Of a stretch of 64,000 bases of DNA, positions 37,125 to 49,864 are shown piece by piece. The notes beneath the pieces were generated by a model. The model saw only the letters and a program-made list of their open reading frames with translations. It was not told the DNA's origin and ran no database searches. How positions within the stretch are numbered: position 1 is the stretch's first letter; each line of letters opens with the position of its first letter. A program made the position numbers and the translations under genes. The DNA is from Auanema rhodensis (Eukaryota; Animalia; Nematoda): contig OZ059894.1 of the NCBI GenBank assembly GCA_964057225.1, positions 12,028,001-12,092,000 of the forward strand. Reading direction: 5' to 3'.

Positions 37125-38301
37125 ACAGTAAAAAGTCCAATCAAGAGAGAAATTTTTTCAACACATAGTTGTTTTTTTTTTAAATATCATTGTTTTTCCT
37201 CATAACTCGGTTTAAACTCGTTCTAACCCGTTGAAATACGTCTAGAAAGTCTTTATAACATGCATATGTATGATAGAACTTCATATTTATTGTAATAGAA
37301 AATTTTATTTTCAGACGTCTTGGTTAACAATGATATGTTTTACCCCCTTATAATTTTTATCATAATGTTCCTTATACGGAACGCTCAATGAAACTTGCTT
37401 CCAGAAAAATTTCTTTCTATTTTTTCTTCATATGTACGTAGATACTATAGAGAACTATGATAGAAAACTTTAACATTCACGAAATCATCATTTCTCATTA
37501 CGCTACGGAGGTTTAAAAAGCTGTGTTTTACCTTATAATAGACCGGAAAACCCTTGTGTTAAAACTGGACCGTTTTTACACATATAAAAATGTCCCGTAT
37601 TCGGGACCCTAATGTAACTTTTGATTCCCTATATTTTTTTTCATGAAATTTACAATCTACTGTAGAAAGAAGAATTATTTTTATAAAAACTGTAAATTTT
37701 TGAAAAATGAAAACAAAACGAAAACAAAAACAACTTTTTTTTGAACATTTTCTCACACAAGGGTCCCCCCTTACCTACTTTTTTTCTCATTACTCGTTTC
37801 AACCTCATCCGATCACTCTGCAAACATGTTTAATCGTTCTAACTTGTTGAAATACGTCTTAAAAGTCTAAACAACATGCATATGCATAATAGAAACCACC
37901 CGAATAGGCCCCCACGCACTAAACGAGATATATACATTACCAGTATAGTAATAGAACACATATTGAAGATTAATTCGATAAGAACAATTTATTGACGTAG
38001 AGAATGTTTGTTCCGAAAAACTACAATATTAAACTATAAAAGTAACAAAAGCGTAGAGGCAGCAAAGACATGAATAAACATAAATGTAAATACAGAATTA
38101 CCAGGTAGTACATAAGTATGACAAAAAATTATAAGAAAGCCATGAAAATAGAAGGTTTGTGAACAAATGAGAGGTACATCTTTGATCGTATAGTCATTTC
38201 TAAACCGTTCGTATGCTGTAGCATCGTCATAAGCGTCACTCAAGTTGAATTTCCATGTGTACTACACGATTTTCATTCTTATTGTTACATTCTTTCCCTG
38301 A

Positions 38302-38490
38302 GGGAATGGGCCGTTCCCGCCAGCAGTGCAAGAGCGGGTCGACCCGTGAGGTGGAGCTAGCAAGCCAGCATCTACCTCAAGTCTCAAAAATCGGTTAACC
38401 TTATTGTGAACCAATGGAACACATATCGAAGGTTAATTCGATAAGAACGATTACTACACTTTGATCTTAGCCAAAAGGCCGAGAAGCGAT
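38302..38490 (-). ncRNA. U2: U2 snRNA
   Basis: Intact array copy. Confidence 0.95.
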
Positions 38491-38932
38491 ACAGCATAGC
38501 CATGAGTATCAAAGACATCAAGCAAATGTATCGTACTTGTTACGAGTGCACTCTCTCATTTGAATATAAAAGTGTGGTTTGACAATCTTGACTGTACAGG
38601 TCATAAATGGCTCATATAAACTGTGGATTTACTCAACTTTTGGACTTATTTTTTTCTTATTCGAAGCGCTGCACTTTTTTCTATTCTTTTTATTCAAATA
38701 CTTGTATATAGTTTTATATGTACGGTTGCAAAGTTTCCGAATATTTTATATATTTTTATACAATAATTAGGAGAAGGTTAATACAATGAAATCTCCCAAC
38801 TTTACAGTGTTTGTATTGCTTACAGTATCTAGAACAACCACTCTTGTAATATTAGAGCACATATCAATCAACAACTTTTTCTAGTTATCAAAGCTTTTTT
38901 ATTTCTTCAAGATATTTCAAATAAAATATAAA

Positions 38933-39051
38933 AGCTTACGACACCCGGGATTCCCAAGCCGTCTCCGATCCAAGTACTAACCGGGCCCAACGTTGCTTGA
39001 CTTGCCAGATCGGACGGGATGGCGTACTTTCAACGTGGTATGGTCGTAAGC
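38933..39051 (-). rRNA. 5S: 5S rRNA
   Basis: Array copy. Confidence 0.96.
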
Positions 39052-39292
39052 AATGTTATATTCTTCATTATCAGTTATATCACTCTAAATCTTGTTGTTA
39101 ATAGTTAGGACCACAAAGAAAACAACAGGAACAGTAACAAATGAAATGCCCAAACTTTACAGTGTTCGAGTTATTTACAGTATCTAAGACTACCTCTGTC
39201 GTGTTATTAGAGCAAACATTCGATTAACAACAACTTTTTTTTAGTTATCAAAGCTTTTTTATTTCTTCAAAAAATTTCAAATAAAATATAAA

Positions 39293-39411
39293 AGCTTACG
39301 ACACCCGGGATTCCCAAGCCGTCTCCGATCCAAGTACTAACCGGGCCCAACGTTGCTTGACTTGCCAGATCGGACGGGATGGCGTACTTTCAACGTGGTA
39401 TGGTCGTAAGC
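39293..39411 (-). rRNA. 5S: 5S rRNA
   Basis: Array copy. Confidence 0.96.
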
Positions 39412-39553
39412 AATGTCATATTCTTCATTATCAGTTATATCACTCTAAATCTTGTTGTTAATAGATACGACCACAAAGAAAACAACAGGAACAGTAACAA
39501 TAACAAAAAAATTTTTTTTTTCACCTATGTGTCTAAAGGTTAGCCATGTATCC

Positions 39554-39605
<52 letters not shown>

Positions 39606-40782
39606 ACAGTAAAAAGTCCAATCAAGAGAGAAATTTTTTCAACACATAGTTGTTTTTTTTTTAAATATCATTGTTTTTCCTCATAACTCGGTTTAAACTC
39701 GTTCTAACCCGTTGAAATACGTCTAGAAAGTCTTTATAACATGCATATGTATGATAGAACTTCATATTTATTGTAATAGAAAATTTTATTTTCAGACGTC
39801 TTGGTTAACAATGATATGTTTTACCCCCTTATAATTTTTATCATAATGTTCCTTATACGGAACGCTCAATGAAACTTGCTTCCAGAAAAATTTCTTTCTA
39901 TTTTTTCTTCATATGTACGTAGATACTATAGAGAACTATGATAGAAAACTTTAACATTCACGAAATCATCATTTCTCATTACGCTACGGAGGTTTAAAAA
40001 GCTGTGTTTTACCTTATAATAGACCGGAAAACCCTTGTGTTAAAACTGGACCGTTTTTACACATATAAAAATGTCCCGTATTCGGGACCCTAATGTAACT
40101 TTTGATTCCCTATATTTTTTTTCATGAAATTTACAATCTACTGTAGAAAGAAGAATTATTTTTATAAAAACTGTAAATTTTTGAAAAATGAAAACAAAAC
40201 GAAAACAAAAACAACTTTTTTTTGAACATTTTCTCACACAAGGGTCCCCCCTTACCTACTTTTTTTCTCATTACTCGTTTCAACCTCATCCGATCACTCT
40301 GCAAACATGTTTAATCGTTCTAACTTGTTGAAATACGTCTTAAAAGTCTAAACAACATGCATATGCATAATAGAAACCACCCGAATAGGCCCCCACGCAC
40401 TAAACGAGATATATACATTACCAGTATAGTAATAGAACACATATTGAAGATTAATTCGATAAGAACAATTTATTGACGTAGAGAATGTTTGTTCCGAAAA
40501 ACTACAATATTAAACTATAAAAGTAACAAAAGCGTAGAGGCAGCAAAGACATGAATAAACATAAATGTAAATACAGAATTACCAGGTAGTACATAAGTAT
40601 GACAAAAAATTATAAGAAAGCCATGAAAATAGAAGGTTTGTGAACAAATGAGAGGTACATCTTTGATCGTATAGTCATTTCTAAACCGTTCGTATGCTGC
40701 AGCATCGTCATAAGCGTCACTCAAGTTGAATTTCCATGTGTACTACACGATTTTCATTCTTATTGTTACATTCTTTCCCTGA

Positions 40783-40971
40783 GGGAATGGGCCGTTCCCG
40801 CCAGCAGTGCAAGAGCGGGTCGACCCGTGAGGTGGAGCTAGCAAGCCAGCATCTACCTCAAGTCTCAAAAATCGGTTAACCTTATTGTGAACCAATGGAA
40901 CACATATCGAAGGTTAATTCGATAAGAACGATTACTACACTTTGATCTTAGCCAAAAGGCCGAGAAGCGAT
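40783..40971 (-). ncRNA. U2: U2 snRNA
   Basis: Intact array copy. Confidence 0.95.
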
Positions 40972-41413
40972 ACAGCATAGCCATGAGTATCAAAGACATC
41001 AAGCAAATGTATCGTACTTGTTACGAGTGCACTCTCTCATTTGAATATAAAAGTGTGGTTTGACAATCTTGACTGTACAGGTCATAAATGGCTCATATAA
41101 ACTGTGGATTTACTCAACTTTTGGACTTATTTTTTTCTTATTCGAAGCGCTGCACTTTTTTCTATTCTTTTTATTCAAATACTTGTATATAGTTTTATAT
41201 GTACGGTTGCAAAGTTTCCGAATATTTTATATATTTTTATACAATAATTAGGAGAAGGTTAATACAATGAAATCTCCCAACTTTACAGTGTTTGTATTGC
41301 TTACAGTATCTAGAACAACCACTCTTGTAATATTAGAGCACATATCAATCAACAACTTTTTCTAGTTATCAAAGCTTTTTTATTTCTTCAAGATATTTCA
41401 AATAAAATATAAA

Positions 41414-41532
41414 AGCTTACGACACCCGGGATTCCCAAGCCGTCTCCGATCCAAGTACTAACCGGGCCCAACGTTGCTTGACTTGCCAGATCGGACGGGA
41501 TGGCGTACTTTCAACGTGGTATGGTCGTAAGC
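41414..41532 (-). rRNA. 5S: 5S rRNA
   Basis: Array copy. Confidence 0.96.
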
Positions 41533-41773
41533 AATGTTATATTCTTCATTATCAGTTATATCACTCTAAATCTTGTTGTTAATAGTTAGGACCACAAAGA
41601 AAACAACAGGAACAGTAACAAATGAAATGCCCAAACTTTACAGTGTTCGAGTTATTTACAGTATCTAAGACTACCTCTGTCGTGTTATTAGAGCAAACAT
41701 TCGATTAACAACAACTTTTTTTTAGTTATCAAAGCTTTTTTATTTCTTCAAAAAATTTCAAATAAAATATAAA

Positions 41774-41892
41774 AGCTTACGACACCCGGGATTCCCAAGC
41801 CGTCTCCGATCCAAGTACTAACCGGGCCCAACGTTGCTTGACTTGCCAGATCGGACGGGATGGCGTACTTTCAACGTGGTATGGTCGTAAGC
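41774..41892 (-). rRNA. 5S: 5S rRNA
   Basis: Array copy. Confidence 0.96.
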
Positions 41893-42034
41893 AATGTCAT
41901 ATTCTTCATTATCAGTTATATCACTCTAAATCTTGTTGTTAATAGATACGACCACAAAGAAAACAACAGGAACAGTAACAATAACAAAAAAAATTTTTTT
42001 TTCACCTATGTGTCTAAAGGTTAGCCATGTATCC

Positions 42035-42084
<50 letters not shown>

Positions 42085-43261
42085 ACAGTAAAAAGTCCAA
42101 TCAAGAGAGAAATTTTTTCAACACATAGTTGTTTTTTTTTTAAATATCATTGTTTTTCCTCATAACTCGGTTTAAACTCGTTCTAACCCGTTGAAATACG
42201 TCTAGAAAGTCTTTATAACATGCATATGTATGATAGAACTTCATATTTATTGTAATAGAAAATTTTATTTTCAGACGTCTTGGTTAACAATGATATGTTT
42301 TACCCCCTTATAATTTTTATCATAATGTTCCTTATACGGAACGCTCAATGAAACTTGCTTCCAGAAAAATTTCTTTCTATTTTTTCTTCATATGTACGTA
42401 GATACTATAGAGAACTATGATAGAAAACTTTAACATTCACGAAATCATCATTTCTCATTACGCTACGGAGGTTTAAAAAGCTGTGTTTTACCTTATAATA
42501 GACCGGAAAACCCTTGTGTTAAAACTGGACCGTTTTTACACATATAAAAATGTCCCGTATTCGGGACCCTAATGTAACTTTTGATTCCCTATATTTTTTT
42601 TCATGAAATTTACAATCTACTGTAGAAAGAAGAATTATTTTTATAAAAACTGTAAATTTTTGAAAAATGAAAACAAAACGAAAACAAAAACAACTTTTTT
42701 TTGAACATTTTCTCACACAAGGGTCCCCCCTTACCTACTTTTTTTCTCATTACTCGTTTCAACCTCATCCGATCACTCTGCAAACATGTTTAATCGTTCT
42801 AACTTGTTGAAATACGTCTTAAAAGTCTAAACAACATGCATATGCATAATAGAAACCACCCGAATAGGCCCCCACGCACTAAACGAGATATATACATTAC
42901 CAGTATAGTAATAGAACACATATTGAAGATTAATTCGATAAGAACAATTTATTGACGTAGAGAATGTTTGTTCCGAAAAACTACAATATTAAACTATAAA
43001 AGTAACAAAAGCGTAGAGGCAGCAAAGACATGAATAAACATAAATGTAAATACAGAATTACCAGGTAGTACATAAGTATGACAAAAAATTATAAGAAAGC
43101 CATGAAAATAGAAGGTTTGTGAACAAATGAGAGGTACATCTTTGATCGTATAGTCATTTCTAAACCGTTCGTATGCTGCAGCATCGTCATAAGCGTCACT
43201 CAAGTTGAATTTCCATGTGTACTACACGATTTTCATTCTTATTGTTACATTCTTTCCCTGA

Positions 43262-43450
43262 GGGAATGGGCCGTTCCCGCCAGCAGTGCAAGAGCGGGTC
43301 GACCCGTGAGGTGGAGCTAGCAAGCCAGCATCTACCTCAAGTCTCAAAAATCGGTTAACCTTATTGTGAACCAATGGAACACATATCGAAGGTTAATTCG
43401 ATAAGAACGATTACTACACTTTGATCTTAGCCAAAAGGCCGAGAAGCGAT
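43262..43450 (-). ncRNA. U2: U2 snRNA
   Basis: Intact array copy. Confidence 0.95.
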
Positions 43451-43892
43451 ACAGCATAGCCATGAGTATCAAAGACATCAAGCAAATGTATCGTACTTGT
43501 TACGAGTGCACTCTCTCATTTGAATATAAAAGTGTGGTTTGACAATCTTGACTGTACAGGTCATAAATGGCTCATATAAACTGTGGATTTACTCAACTTT
43601 TGGACTTATTTTTTTCTTATTCGAAGCGCTGCACTTTTTTCTATTCTTTTTATTCAAATACTTGTATATAGTTTTATATGTACGGTTGCAAAGTTTCCGA
43701 ATATTTTATATATTTTTATACAATAATTAGGAGAAGGTTAATACAATGAAATCTCCCAACTTTACAGTGTTTGTATTGCTTACAGTATCTAGAACAACCA
43801 CTCTTGTAATATTAGAGCACATATCAATCAACAACTTTTTCTAGTTATCAAAGCTTTTTTATTTCTTCAAGATATTTCAAATAAAATATAAA

Positions 43893-44011
43893 AGCTTACG
43901 ACACCCGGGATTCCCAAGCCGTCTCCGATCCAAGTACTAACCGGGCCCAACGTTGCTTGACTTGCCAGATCGGACGGGATGGCGTACTTTCAACGTGGTA
44001 TGGTCGTAAGC
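43893..44011 (-). rRNA. 5S: 5S rRNA
   Basis: Array copy. Confidence 0.96.
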
Positions 44012-44252
44012 AATGTTATATTCTTCATTATCAGTTATATCACTCTAAATCTTGTTGTTAATAGTTAGGACCACAAAGAAAACAACAGGAACAGTAACAA
44101 ATGAAATGCCCAAACTTTACAGTGTTCGAGTTATTTACAGTATCTAAGACTACCTCTGTCGTGTTATTAGAGCAAACATTCGATTAACAACAACTTTTTT
44201 TTAGTTATCAAAGCTTTTTTATTTCTTCAAAAAATTTCAAATAAAATATAAA

Positions 44253-44371
44253 AGCTTACGACACCCGGGATTCCCAAGCCGTCTCCGATCCAAGTACTAA
44301 CCGGGCCCAACGTTGCTTGACTTGCCAGATCGGACGGGATGGCGTACTTTCAACGTGGTATGGTCGTAAGC
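44253..44371 (-). rRNA. 5S: 5S rRNA
   Basis: Array copy. Confidence 0.96.
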
Positions 44372-44513
44372 AATGTCATATTCTTCATTATCAGTTATAT
44401 CACTCTAAATCTTGTTGTTAATAGATACGACCACAAAGAAAACAACAGGAACAGTAACAATAACAAAAAAAATTTTTTTTTCACCTATGTGTCTAAAGGT
44501 TAGCCATGTATCC

Positions 44514-44563
<50 letters not shown>

Positions 44564-45740
44564 ACAGTAAAAAGTCCAATCAAGAGAGAAATTTTTTCAA
44601 CACATAGTTGTTTTTTTTTTAAATATCATTGTTTTTCCTCATAACTCGGTTTAAACTCGTTCTAACCCGTTGAAATACGTCTAGAAAGTCTTTATAACAT
44701 GCATATGTATGATAGAACTTCATATTTATTGTAATAGAAAATTTTATTTTCAGACGTCTTGGTTAACAATGATATGTTTTACCCCCTTATAATTTTTATC
44801 ATAATGTTCCTTATACGGAACGCTCAATGAAACTTGCTTCCAGAAAAATTTCTTTCTATTTTTTCTTCATATGTACGTAGATACTATAGAGAACTATGAT
44901 AGAAAACTTTAACATTCACGAAATCATCATTTCTCATTACGCTACGGAGGTTTAAAAAGCTGTGTTTTACCTTATAATAGACCGGAAAACCCTTGTGTTA
45001 AAACTGGACCGTTTTTACACATATAAAAATGTCCCGTATTCGGGACCCTAATGTAACTTTTGATTCCCTATATTTTTTTTCATGAAATTTACAATCTACT
45101 GTAGAAAGAAGAATTATTTTTATAAAAACTGTAAATTTTTGAAAAATGAAAACAAAACGAAAACAAAAACAACTTTTTTTTGAACATTTTCTCACACAAG
45201 GGTCCCCCCTTACCTACTTTTTTTCTCATTACTCGTTTCAACCTCATCCGATCACTCTGCAAACATGTTTAATCGTTCTAACTTGTTGAAATACGTCTTA
45301 AAAGTCTAAACAACATGCATATGCATAATAGAAACCACCCGAATAGGCCCCCACGCACTAAACGAGATATATACATTACCAGTATAGTAATAGAACACAT
45401 ATTGAAGATTAATTCGATAAGAACAATTTATTGACGTAGAGAATGTTTGTTCCGAAAAACTACAATATTAAACTATAAAAGTAACAAAAGCGTAGAGGCA
45501 GCAAAGACATGAATAAACATAAATGTAAATACAGAATTACCAGGTAGTACATAAGTATGACAAAAAATTATAAGAAAGCCATGAAAATAGAAGGTTTGTG
45601 AACAAATGAGAGGTACATCTTTGATCGTATAGTCATTTCTAAACCGTTCGTATGCTGCAGCATCGTCATAAGCGTCACTCAAGTTGAATTTCCATGTGTA
45701 CTACACGATTTTCATTCTTATTGTTACATTCTTTCCCTGA

Positions 45741-45929
45741 GGGAATGGGCCGTTCCCGCCAGCAGTGCAAGAGCGGGTCGACCCGTGAGGTGGAGCTAGC
45801 AAGCCAGCATCTACCTCAAGTCTCAAAAATCGGTTAACCTTATTGTGAACCAATGGAACACATATCGAAGGTTAATTCGATAAGAACGATTACTACACTT
45901 TGATCTTAGCCAAAAGGCCGAGAAGCGAT
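45741..45929 (-). ncRNA. U2: U2 snRNA
   Basis: Intact array copy. Confidence 0.95.
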
Positions 45930-46371
45930 ACAGCATAGCCATGAGTATCAAAGACATCAAGCAAATGTATCGTACTTGTTACGAGTGCACTCTCTCATTT
46001 GAATATAAAAGTGTGGTTTGACAATCTTGACTGTACAGGTCATAAATGGCTCATATAAACTGTGGATTTACTCAACTTTTGGACTTATTTTTTTCTTATT
46101 CGAAGCGCTGCACTTTTTTCTATTCTTTTTATTCAAATACTTGTATATAGTTTTATATGTACGGTTGCAAAGTTTCCGAATATTTTATATATTTTTATAC
46201 AATAATTAGGAGAAGGTTAATACAATGAAATCTCCCAACTTTACAGTGTTTGTATTGCTTACAGTATCTAGAACAACCACTCTTGTAATATTAGAGCACA
46301 TATCAATCAACAACTTTTTCTAGTTATCAAAGCTTTTTTATTTCTTCAAGATATTTCAAATAAAATATAAA

Positions 46372-46490
46372 AGCTTACGACACCCGGGATTCCCAAGCCG
46401 TCTCCGATCCAAGTACTAACCGGGCCCAACGTTGCTTGACTTGCCAGATCGGACGGGATGGCGTACTTTCAACGTGGTATGGTCGTAAGC
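46372..46490 (-). rRNA. 5S: 5S rRNA
   Basis: Array copy. Confidence 0.96.
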
Positions 46491-46731
46491 AATGTTATAT
46501 TCTTCATTATCAGTTATATCACTCTAAATCTTGTTGTTAATAGTTAGGACCACAAAGAAAACAACAGGAACAGTAACAAATGAAATGCCCAAACTTTACA
46601 GTGTTCGAGTTATTTACAGTATCTAAGACTACCTCTGTCGTGTTATTAGAGCAAACATTCGATTAACAACAACTTTTTTTTAGTTATCAAAGCTTTTTTA
46701 TTTCTTCAAAAAATTTCAAATAAAATATAAA

Positions 46732-46850
46732 AGCTTACGACACCCGGGATTCCCAAGCCGTCTCCGATCCAAGTACTAACCGGGCCCAACGTTGCTTGAC
46801 TTGCCAGATCGGACGGGATGGCGTACTTTCAACGTGGTATGGTCGTAAGC
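46732..46850 (-). rRNA. 5S: 5S rRNA
   Basis: Array copy. Confidence 0.96.
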
Positions 46851-46992
46851 AATGTCATATTCTTCATTATCAGTTATATCACTCTAAATCTTGTTGTTAA
46901 TAGATACGACCACAAAGAAAACAACAGGAACAGTAACAATAACAAAAAAAATTTTTTTTTCACCTATGTGTCTAAAGGTTAGCCATGTATCC

Positions 46993-47064
<72 letters not shown>

Positions 47065-48241
47065 ACAGTAAAAAGTCCAATCAAGAGAGAAATTTTTTCA
47101 ACACATAGTTGTTTTTTTTTTAAATATCATTGTTTTTCCTCATAACTCGGTTTAAACTCGTTCTAACCCGTTGAAATACGTCTAGAAAGTCTTTATAACA
47201 TGCATATGTATGATAGAACTTCATATTTATTGTAATAGAAAATTTTATTTTCAGACGTCTTGGTTAACAATGATATGTTTTACCCCCTTATAATTTTTAT
47301 CATAATGTTCCTTATACGGAACGCTCAATGAAACTTGCTTCCAGAAAAATTTCTTTCTATTTTTTCTTCATATGTACGTAGATACTATAGAGAACTATGA
47401 TAGAAAACTTTAACATTCACGAAATCATCATTTCTCATTACGCTACGGAGGTTTAAAAAGCTGTGTTTTACCTTATAATAGACCGGAAAACCCTTGTGTT
47501 AAAACTGGACCGTTTTTACACATATAAAAATGTCCCGTATTCGGGACCCTAATGTAACTTTTGATTCCCTATATTTTTTTTCATGAAATTTACAATCTAC
47601 TGTAGAAAGAAGAATTATTTTTATAAAAACTGTAAATTTTTGAAAAATGAAAACAAAACGAAAACAAAAACAACTTTTTTTTGAACATTTTCTCACACAA
47701 GGGTCCCCCCTTACCTACTTTTTTTCTCATTACTCGTTTCAACCTCATCCGATCACTCTGCAAACATGTTTAATCGTTCTAACTTGTTGAAATACGTCTT
47801 AAAAGTCTAAACAACATGCATATGCATAATAGAAACCACCCGAATAGGCCCCCACGCACTAAACGAGATATATACATTACCAGTATAGTAATAGAACACA
47901 TATTGAAGATTAATTCGATAAGAACAATTTATTGACGTAGAGAATGTTTGTTCCGAAAAACTACAATATTAAACTATAAAAGTAACAAAAGCGTAGAGGC
48001 AGCAAAGACATGAATAAACATAAATGTAAATACAGAATTACCAGGTAGTACATAAGTATGACAAAAAATTATAAGAAAGCCATGAAAATAGAAGGTTTGT
48101 GAACAAATGAGAGGTACATCTTTGATCGTATAGTCATTTCTAAACCGTTCGTATGCTGTAGCATCGTCATAAGCGTCACTCAAGTTGAATTTCCATGTGT
48201 ACTACACGATTTTCATTCTTATTGTTACATTCTTTCCCTGA

Positions 48242-48430
48242 GGGAATGGGCCGTTCCCGCCAGCAGTGCAAGAGCGGGTCGACCCGTGAGGTGGAGCTAG
48301 CAAGCCAGCATCTACCTCAAGTCTCAAAAATCGGTTAACCTTATTGTGAACCAATGGAACACATATCGAAGGTTAATTCGATAAGAACGATTACTACACT
48401 TTGATCTTAGCCAAAAGGCCGAGAAGCGAT
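48242..48430 (-). ncRNA. U2: U2 snRNA
   Basis: Intact array copy. Confidence 0.95.
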
Positions 48431-48872
48431 ATAGCATAGCCATGAGTATCAAAGACATCAAGCAAATGTATCGTACTTGTTACGAGTGCACTCTCTCATT
48501 TGAATATAAAAGTGTGGTTTGACAATCTTGACTGTACAGGTCATAAATGGCTCATATAAACTGTGGATTTACTCAACTTTTGGACTTATTTTTTTCTTAT
48601 TCGAAGCGCTGCACTTTTTTCTATTCTTTTTATTCAAATACTTGTATATAGTTTTATATGTACGGTTGCAAAGTTTCCGAATATTTTATATATTTTTATA
48701 CAATAATTAGGAGAAGGTTAATACAATGAAATCTCCCAACTTTACAGTGTTTGTATTGCTTACAGTATCTAGAACAACCACTCTTGTAATATTAGAGCAC
48801 ATATCAATCAACAACTTTTTCTAGTTATCAAAGCTTTTTTATTTCTTCAAGATATTTCAAATAAAATATAAA

Positions 48873-48991
48873 AGCTTACGACACCCGGGATTCCCAAGCC
48901 GTCTCCGATCCAAGTACTAACCGGGCCCAACGTTGCTTGACTTGCCAGATCGGACGGGATGGCGTACTTTCAACGTGGTATGGTCGTAAGC
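48873..48991 (-). rRNA. 5S: 5S rRNA
   Basis: Array copy. Confidence 0.96.
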
Positions 48992-49232
48992 AATGTTATA
49001 TTCTTCATTATCAGTTATATCACTCTAAATCTTGTTGTTAATAGTTAGGACCACAAAGAAAACAACAGGAACAGTAACAAATGAAATGCCCAAACTTTAC
49101 AGTGTTCGAGTTATTTACAGTATCTAAGACTACCTCTGTCGTGTTATTAGAGCAAACATTCGATTAACAACAACTTTTTTTTAGTTATCAAAGCTTTTTT
49201 ATTTCTTCAAAAAATTTCAAATAAAATATAAA

Positions 49233-49288
49233 AGCTTACGACACCCGGGATTCCCAAGCCGTCTCCGATCCAAGTACTAACCGGGCCC
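49233..49288 (-). pseudogene. 5S: 5S rRNA 3' half (nt 64-119), interrupted by the LTR element
   Basis: 5S sequence stops at GGCCC|TGTCAC. Confidence 0.93.
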
Positions 49289-49616
49289 TGTCACGGTCAA
49301 CGTGAAAATACGAACTTTATTGTGTTAACGTTTTGTTGTATTTTTTGTATTAACTCCACCCCCTTTAACCATCTGGTGCCTCCCTATAAAAGGGAGAACC
49401 AAATGGTTAAAATTTTCATGTCTCACCAATTTTGTATTGATTTTAGGATTTCTTGGAATTTCTAGAATCAATCCACTTGTTCACTTTACTGTTGTTGCAT
49501 TTATTGAATAAACCTTTCTTCATTTAACTTGTCTTAACGCATAATACCGCACTCATACGAACCGACTCCATACTTGGACTGATACTTGGAGGTAAAAGTC
49601 CAGTTGTCAAGCGACA
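49289..49616 (+). repeat. 5' LTR
   Basis: TGTCAC...GCGACA, with TATAAAA and AATAAA. Appears identical to the 3' LTR. Confidence 0.96.
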
Positions 49617-49618
49617 TT

Positions 49619-49635
49619 TGGCGACCACGGCAGGA
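49619..49635 (+). other. Primer-binding site (probably tRNA-Arg)
   Basis: TGGCGACCACGGCAGGA, 2 nt after the LTR; complement of a tRNA 3' end TCCTGCCGTGGTCG-CCA. Confidence 0.8.
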
Positions 49636-49864
49636 TATTTCAGTTGCTTACTGATAAGGAAAGTTTAAAACAAAGGTTATATAAAACCGCCGGAGAAATA
49701 AATTCCGAAGAACATTGTGTTAAAGGTTATATAGAACCGCCGGAGAAATAAAATTCCGAAGAACTCGTAGAAAATCCGAGTTGACAAGAAATCACTTGTC
49801 AAGAAACAATAAGACGATAAAAATATCGCTGAATCTGAAATATCCATTGAGGAAGGCTAAAATA

